A DNA stretch of 32,000 nt. Origin: Mycobacterium leprae TN (GTDB lineage Bacteria; Actinomycetota; Actinomycetes; Mycobacteriales; Mycobacteriaceae). Where the stretch lies: the NCBI RefSeq assembly GCF_000195855.1, contig NC_002677.1, positions 360,001 to 392,000 of the forward strand, given 5' to 3'. The notes beneath the pieces were generated by a model. The model searched no databases. It saw only the letters and a list, made by a program, of their open reading frames with translations, and was not told where the DNA came from. Of this stretch, positions 22,835-32,000 are shown piece by piece. Every line of letters begins with the position of its first letter. Position 1 is the first letter of the stretch. Both the position numbers and the translations under genes were made by a program.

Positions 22835-23542
22835 GTGCAGGAGCCTCATAGGCAGCCCGCGATCTGTCTGTCCACCCGTCTCGCCAAGGCGCGGCTTTAT
22901 CTATGCACCGACGCGCGGCGTGAACGCGGCGACTTAGCCCAATTTGTCAACGCCGCCCTGGCCGGCGGGGTGGACATCGTCCAACTGCGAGACAAGGGTT
23001 CGGTCGGTGAACAGCAGTTTGGCCCACTGGAGGCGCGCGATGCGTTGGCCGCGTGCGAGATCTTCACCGACGCGACGGGAAGACACGACGCCTTGTTCGC
23101 GGTCAACGACCGCGCCGATATTGCCCGCGCGGCGGGCGCCGACGTGCTGCATTTGGGACAGGGCGATCTGCCGCCTGGTGTGGCGAGGCAGATCGTATGC
23201 CGCCAGATGCTGATCGGCCTGTCTACCCATGATCGGCACCAGGTTGCCGCGGCTGTGGCCGCCTTAGACGCTGGCCTGGTCGACTATTTCTGTGTTGGGC
23301 CCTGTTGGCCTACCCCTACCAAACCGGACCGCCCGGCTCCTGGTCTTGAGCTGGTGCGGGCTGCCGCTGAACTCGCTGGAGACAAACCGTGGTTCGCTAT
23401 CGGCGGTATCGACGCGCAGCGGCTGCCCGACGTGCTCCATGCCGGTGCCCGCCGGATTGTAGTGGTGCGGGCAATTACCGCGGCCGCCGACCCCCGCGCC
23501 GCAGCCGAACAACTCATTTCGACGCTGACAGCAACTAGCTGA
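22835..23542 (+). CDS. thiE: thiamine-phosphate synthase
   Basis: 235-aa ORF with a GTG start: [80 protein letters not shown]. Confidence 0.92.
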
Positions 23543-23666
23543 TACGCTGACTCAGCTGCAGCGCTGCCAGAGCCGTATCACTTGGCATACACCACCCCCA
23601 AACTCCCATCTCGCATCTCGATCTCCATGATGCGAGGCAGACTCTGCCGGCGGTGGTCGTCGTGAT

Positions 23667-24138
23667 CTAGCGGGGTGATGTGCAACTGTTGCCGGTTGGC
23701 GGCCAAACTAGTACAATCCGTTCGGGCTTGCCCACCTCGAACTCGGCGACATGGCGTAATTTGGCACTTTTCCGGTTGCGCACAGTGTGCAGCAATTCGC
23801 GGGCATCAGCAACAACCGTGATATGGGTCCAGGTAGTAGTTCGGAGCGCGGAGACTTTGGCCGTCACCAATATCAACTGTACCTCGAGTCGCTCCGCAAT
23901 GAGGTCGGGCTTCTTCGCGTACCGCGGTCTCACTGGGGGTCTCGTGGTTATCCCGAGTAACCCCAAACAAACCCCAAGTACCGCCTTGGACTCCAAGACA
24001 CCCTATGCTGCAGTAACAACGCGGGGTGGTTTCGTCGGGCCGCGGTGCTCGGAGCAACAAACCAGGTGTGTCATACCGACCCCAGTAGTGGACGTTGCGG
24101 GTCGGATAGCACCCATCCGTAATGGTTTCGGCATGCAT
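23667..24138 (-). pseudogene. MutT3-like Nudix hydrolase, frameshifted
   Basis: The N-terminal frame (24138-23806) gives YWGRYDTPGLLLRAPRPDETTP...QGGTWGLFGVTRDNHETPSETAVREEA, then runs out of sense. The C-terminal frame (23996-23667) continues PDLIAERLEVQLILVTAKV...WTHITVVADARELLHTVRNRKSAKLRHVAEFEV. The switch falls at about 23900-23915, inside the Nudix box REUxEExGU. The box-initial LPGG reads LFGV. Confidence 0.6.
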
Positions 24139-24440
24139 TCTAGGAATATTCAGGCACTACTTGTTCGGTGACGGATGCGTGCCTGCGAACCGGCAGAACG
24201 ACCACAGAGCTATACTGAATTAAACTAACTGGGTCCGCTTTCATCCAATCCGCGCAGCATCCTCTTAGAATTTGCTTCATAGATGTTCTAGACGACCAAC
24301 AAAAATGTCGAAAGATATGGGGTCGGAGCAGAGGTGACGGTTGAGCTGGCGCACCCGTCGACCGAGCCGTTGGGGTCTCGGTCGACGGGTGCGCAGTCCA
24401 TCCACGCTGGTGGTTCGTCTCGACCACACCGGGCCGCATC

Positions 24441-25651
24441 TTGACCATCGGCATCGTTTTGGCAGCTCTCGGCGGCCTCAGCGCGTTCGCCACCTCGACA
24501 ACCATCAACCATCGGCAACATGTGCTGAGTACTGTGCTGAGCCACACCGAGCCGCTGTCGTTCGCAGCTGGACGGCTTTACACCACGTTGTCAGTTGCCG
24601 ACGCCGCAGCGGCCACTGCATTCATAGCCCAAGCTGAACCACGCACCGTCCGGTTGCGTTACGAACAGGCCGTCACCGACGCCGCGGTGGCGGCAACCCG
24701 GGCGTCGAGCGGACTGACCGACACCCGGCTGGTGGAATTGCTGGGCCGGATCAATGCTGAACTGGCCGTCTATACCGGGTTGATCGAGATCGCCCGCACC
24801 AATAACCGGGAAGGCAACCCGGTCGGGTCGTCGTACCTGTCGGAAGCATCGGGGCTGATGCAATCGACAATCCTGACCGCAGCACAAGAGCTCTACCAGG
24901 AGACGTCCAACCGCGTAGATACCGAAACCACCGCATCCACTCAAATTCCACTCCCGGTGATTCTTATCGTCTCCACTACCGTGGTCTTCGGTGCTTTATC
25001 CCACCGCTGGCTGGCCCGGCGCACCAGGCGCCGGATCAACCTCGGGCTCGTGGCGGGCGCGCTCTGCATTCTCGTCATGGTGATGTGGGTCGGAACCGCA
25101 TTAACGATTTCCACGACCGCCAGCCGTAGCGCCAAAGACACTGCGGCCGAGTCGCTGAGAACTGTTACCAACGTCCAGATCACCGCTCAGCAAGCGCGAG
25201 CTGACGAGACGCTGTCGCTGATCCGGCACGGCGATGACGAGAGCCGGAGGAGAGCGTTCTACACCCGCATCGACACCATGCATCAAGAGATCGGCCAGTA
25301 CTTGTCCCGCAGCGACGCCATAGACAAGGAAGACCTGCAAAGCGTTGACCAGCTGCTGGTCCGCTGGCGGCAGGCGAATGATCGGATGAACTCCTACATC
25401 TCGGTAGGTAACTACCTGGCCGCTACTAAGGTTGCGCTGGGTAGCGGTGAGGACGACTCCACCCCCGCGTTTGACAAGCTCGACGACGAGTTGGTCAGGA
25501 CGGTGGACCAAAGCCGCACCCGCTTGCGCCAAGACATCCTGAATGCGCGCAGCGGGTTATCCGGTGCCCAAATCGGGGGCATGGTACTCAGCCTGGGCGT
25601 CGCCATTGCGGTAGCCCTCGGCCTGTGGCCGCGGTTGAAGGAATATCGGTG

Positions 25652-25652
<1 letters not shown>
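24441..25652 (+). CDS. conserved integral membrane protein encoded upstream of glnH-pknG, resembling Rv0412c
   Basis: 403-aa ORF with a TTG start. Hydrophobic segments: IGIVLAALGGLSAFA, IPLPVILIVSTTVVFGAL, LVAGALCILVMVMWVGTAL and GGMVLSLGVAIAVALGLW. Its TGA overlaps the glnH ATG. The true start is uncertain because the frame opens only at 24345. Confidence 0.75.
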
Positions 25653-28932
<3,280 letters not shown>

Positions 28933-28934
28933 TG

Positions 28935-29304
28935 CTAGCGTGCGTTCAGGACTTCGATTGCGTGCATCCAGCGCGCGAATTCTAACTGTGGAATTACCGT
29001 AGTCAACACGGAACTGCACTCTCTCAAGGTTTCAAGGTGCGGGGTCTTCGGTAATCCCAGGACTCCCTTCCAGGATCGCAGCTTATGTGCATCGCATACT
29101 TCATTGATTTCAGACGCCCAGGAGTAGACGGTGGTTTGGGAGATGCCTTCTGGAGCTGTTGCGCCGTTGAGGCAAGTGGTCACCGATCTGCAAGCGCAGC
29201 GTCGGGCTGGCATGATCGAGATCCATGAGGAGGCCGAGCCGTTTCTGAGGTGGCTGTTGGGTCTTATCTTGCAGATCGCCGAGACCTACAAATAGACCCC
29301 GCAC
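28935..29304 (-). mobile_element. transposase N-terminal HTH remnant (IS630- or IS481-like), frameshifted
   Basis: There are two minus-strand frames. One gives ..LDHASPTLRLQIGDHL... The other gives ACRSVTTCLNGATAPEGISQTTVYSWASE...GLPKTPHLETLRE..., resembling the ..R.RIVL..AEG.S...IA..LG.S..TV..W..RF...GL.D..R.GRP... N-termini of DDE transposases. Its stop at 28935-28937 lies 2 nt after the pknG TAG. I could not decide the family. Confidence 0.4.
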
Positions 29305-29353
29305 CTTGTATTAGAACTTTAGCTACGGCGTATAACAAACACGCACGCTGGAT

Positions 29354-30022
29354 TCATGGTTTGGTTGTAACAGTGGTTTGGGTGGCGGTGTTGATGGGTG
29401 AAGTGTTTTGTGTTCTGTTGTGGGGGTGGAGTAAAGGGTGGTGGGTCAGTGTATTGGCGGGTCGGTGCGTCAGGTCGCAAAGGTCGGTATCGATGCCGTG
29501 GTGATGCGGGTATGAGAGTCGTTTCGAGGTCTTGGTCTCACGCTGGGGTTGTACAGCGATTCTGTGGTAGGGCGTTGTCTTGTGGTTGATCATGGCCGCA
29601 GTGATCACATCAGTGCTGTGGTCCTTGGATAGGTGTAGCAGCTGCACGAATCCGCTACTTGTGTTCGGCCAGGGCGCCGATTTGGGGGTCTAATTTTTGC
29701 CGATGATTACATCATCCGCCCAATGCTATGAGGTTAGAGCACCACACGGTCGTGTAGTTTTCGCGGGACGTGCACTGGTGGTGGCCATACCTAGAGAATA
29801 ATGGTGGTGCCCGGTTTTAGCGTGCTGTGCCCTCAGCGTGCGGAACATCCACCCAGTGCGCACATGTTGGTTGAGCTTGGACTCGATGTTGAAGTGTTTT
29901 ATAGGACACCTGCATCTTTCGGGCCGGTCGGGATAGGTTTTGGGCCAACACCCCCACAATTTGTTCGGGACTGTACTTCTTGGCCAGCACACATGTCTAT
30001 CTCCGTACGCAGCTGCCCACAA
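29354..30022 (-). mobile_element. IS630-family transposase remnant (HTH2 to early DDE region), decayed
   Basis: The minus-strand pieces are collinear with IS630. RSTVPNKLWGCWPKTYPDRPE...HFNIESKLNQHV (compare S.STV.RIW...GL.PHR...FK.S.DP.F.EKV). LLHLSKDHS (compare VLCVDEKSQ). SYPHHHGIDTDLCDLTHRPANTL (compare DYKRHGTT.LFAAL..ATG.V). The plus strand shows the same GT-rich skew as 9128-9805. Confidence 0.45.
29411..29441. repeat. left arm of a 31-bp perfect inverted repeat; weaker similarity extends back to about 29341
   Basis: TGTTCTGTTGTGGGGGTGGAGTAAAGGGTGG is the exact reverse complement of 30272-30302. Flanks such as ACGCACG(c/tt)(t/c)GGATT also align. Confidence 0.9.
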
Positions 30023-30271
30023 CGCTCACCTTGCCGGCCTTTAAAGCCACTGGCCCACTGCTCACTGCATAGCTAAGCAATACAAGCTCAGTAACCCGAT
30101 TGAGCGTCTTAGCCAGCATAGTTGGTGTCGAATCAGTGCAACCCCCAAAGCAACCCGCAAACACGCGGGCCCCACCCTTGCTGGTGATCTCACGCACGAT
30201 CCCCACCCCCACCCAACCCAAACGAACGGTTAACGATCGATCACATCAACTCACAACACTGCAACACACCG

Positions 30272-30302
30272 CCACCCTTTACTCCACCCCCACAACAGAA
30301 CA
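30272..30302. repeat. right arm of the 31-bp perfect inverted repeat; weaker similarity extends to about 30350
   Basis: CCACCCTTTACTCCACCCCCACAACAGAACA is the reverse complement of 29411-29441. The arms are separated by 830 bp. Confidence 0.9.
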
Positions 30303-30541
30303 TGCACACAAAGTACAATTCAACCCCGTCAATCCGAACGTGCGTGCCACCGAACACCAACACGCCTTAACGTCGAACTAGTTCACGTAAGCCCGGATGC
30401 CGGTAGATCTTCGTTGCCTCGATACGTGTCTGGATCGTGGCGGAGTCTTGGTTCGGTGAGCCTCGGAAGATCTGAGGTGACTGAGTTGGGATACGGGTTG
30501 TTGTTGTAGTGGATGCCGGCACAGTGGTCTCCGGGATGGGG

Positions 30542-31626
30542 TTACTGGTGTCGCATACGTTGGCCAATGATATGACCTGTGATGACGACAGCGACAAGTA
30601 CGCCGAGAGCTAGCCAACACAACACCACATCGAAGATGCTGGTGATTTGGTGGGCGAGGTTCTTGCGGTAGACGAGGTTATGCCATCCGGTGGTGTTTGG
30701 AACCATGGTGCCAACGAGATGCTCGCGATAAGCCGAGAAATGCTCATGGTGAGGAGAAATCCGCACAGTGACGAGATCAAGCCTCGCGGAGCGCAAGGTG
30801 TTGGCTAGGTTGACGCGAAGCTAGATCGCGAAGACCGTGGTGGTCAAATCCGAACGCGGCCAGCGTCATGGTACCGTAGCGCGATAAGAGGAAATTCACA
30901 CTCACCGCGACCCCGAGGTCGGTGATCCTCATCAACACCGATCCCAAGCACCACATCGCGATGAGCAGTAAGCTTTTTCGGGTAGCCTTTCACCAGGGGC
31001 TCTCGTCTTCTGGTGCGCCGCCACGGTAGCTGTGCAGTGCGAAAAGTATTGGGGGTGCAAAAATCACCGCGGTAGTTGTCCATGCCAAATAACCTTCGCA
31101 TCCGATTCCCGCCGTAGAGGTGTTCTGCGCAATGCCGTGGAACGCGTCGACGTAGCGTTCGGTGGGCAGGCGCCACACTAGGACCCCAGCGGCCAGCGTG
31201 TATATCTCGAGCCCGGTAGTCGAGAGTCGGGACGCCTTGGTGCTGCGAAAAATCCAGCTGGCCGTGACGAGGACAGCGGCTAGCGACACCAAGCTATACA
31301 TCATTGCTGTAGCAATAACCGTGATGTTTTTCTTGGCCAAGTCAGACTAACCGCCCGAGTGCAACGCGTACCTCACCCGCCAGCACGTGTTGAAAATGGT
31401 GCTGAGCGATGTACCGATCATTGCTGCGTAGCTGATGATCTGAGCCAGACCCGAGCCACCTTCGGTGCCCGTCATCGTCTACGGCTGGGCCGGTCATTAT
31501 CGGTTGTGTGCTCAAGTGCGCCGGCTGCCCCCAACCAGGCCCCGGGCCCGACACCGCCGGGCCACGTGTACTAATCCAACGGATTGGACTCGCTTGGAAC
31601 GCGTCGGAGACGACAAAGCTGGCCAT
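30542..31626 (-). pseudogene. decayed multi-pass membrane protein gene(s), family not identified
   Basis: Successive minus-strand ORF fragments in different frames carry TM-like text: AQIISYAAMIGTSLSTIF, ITVIATAMMYSLVSLAAVLVTASWIF, LEIYTLAAGVLVW, LAWTTTAVIFAPPILFAL and VVLCWLALGVLVAVVITGHIIG. No single frame stays open for more than 116 codons. Confidence 0.25.
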
Positions 31627-32000
31627 TGACAGTTAGATAGGGTTCGTTGAGTAACAGACGAAGCCGGCCAGCCAGGGCAAGCTTGAACCGAGCTCTCGAC
31701 AACCTACACAGGCCCACATAGGTTTACGGGCGAGCGAACCTGAGAGAAAGCAGGGTTACCGTCCTCAGGAGCCCAAATAACGGTACTTTGCTGGCGGGTG
31801 TGGCCCAACCCCCAACCGAAATAGAGGCTCCAAGGAGAGAACAGGGCGGCGACGACAAAATTAGCGGCGACCAAGTCGCGGATGTGGTTCCGTCGCTGGG
31901 TTGGCTATCCGGCTGTGTGCTGGGGGTCCCAGTAGACACGTCCTTACGTAGTGTCCGGTCCTGAGGTGGCGGCGCCTGGGGTGCCCTACACGGTGTCGGC

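Overview
High-GC mycobacterial chromosomal DNA from a reductively evolving genome, most consistent with Mycobacterium leprae or M. lepromatosis; that assignment is an inference from product sequences and pseudogene density. There are three parts. (1) 1-9117 is a housekeeping block: a hotdog thioesterase-like gene, purA, a GGDG-motif protein, a DUF3151-like gene, a membrane protein, fba and dedA. It is interrupted by gene wrecks: a PE/PPE pair, an M50 protease and a CDF metal exporter. (2) 9118-17300 is an accessory graveyard. It holds a ~2.4 kb composite of a frameshifted group-II-intron-type reverse transcriptase bracketed by inverted IS630-like transposase remnants, then a ~5.8 kb lower-GC, ORF-poor tract. 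In that tract I recognise only a cytochrome P450 wreck and an EspR-like HTH regulator wreck. (3) 17391-28932 is an intact thiamine cluster (TPP riboswitch-thiC-thiD; thiE divergent from riboswitch-thiO-thiS-thiG), a frameshifted mutT3-like Nudix gene, and the membrane protein-glnH-pknG operon. This is followed at 28933-30380 by a second nest of transposase remnants and at 30.5-32 kb by a decayed membrane-protein region. I saw no rRNA, tRNA or CRISPR array. I found no intact novel multi-gene system. The unusual signals are structural: perfect inverted duplications inside dead mobile elements, repeat blocks abutting stop codons, an apparent block inversion, and a low-GC tract of unassignable DNA. 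All homology calls are motif matches made by eye from recalled family consensus sequences, with no database search.
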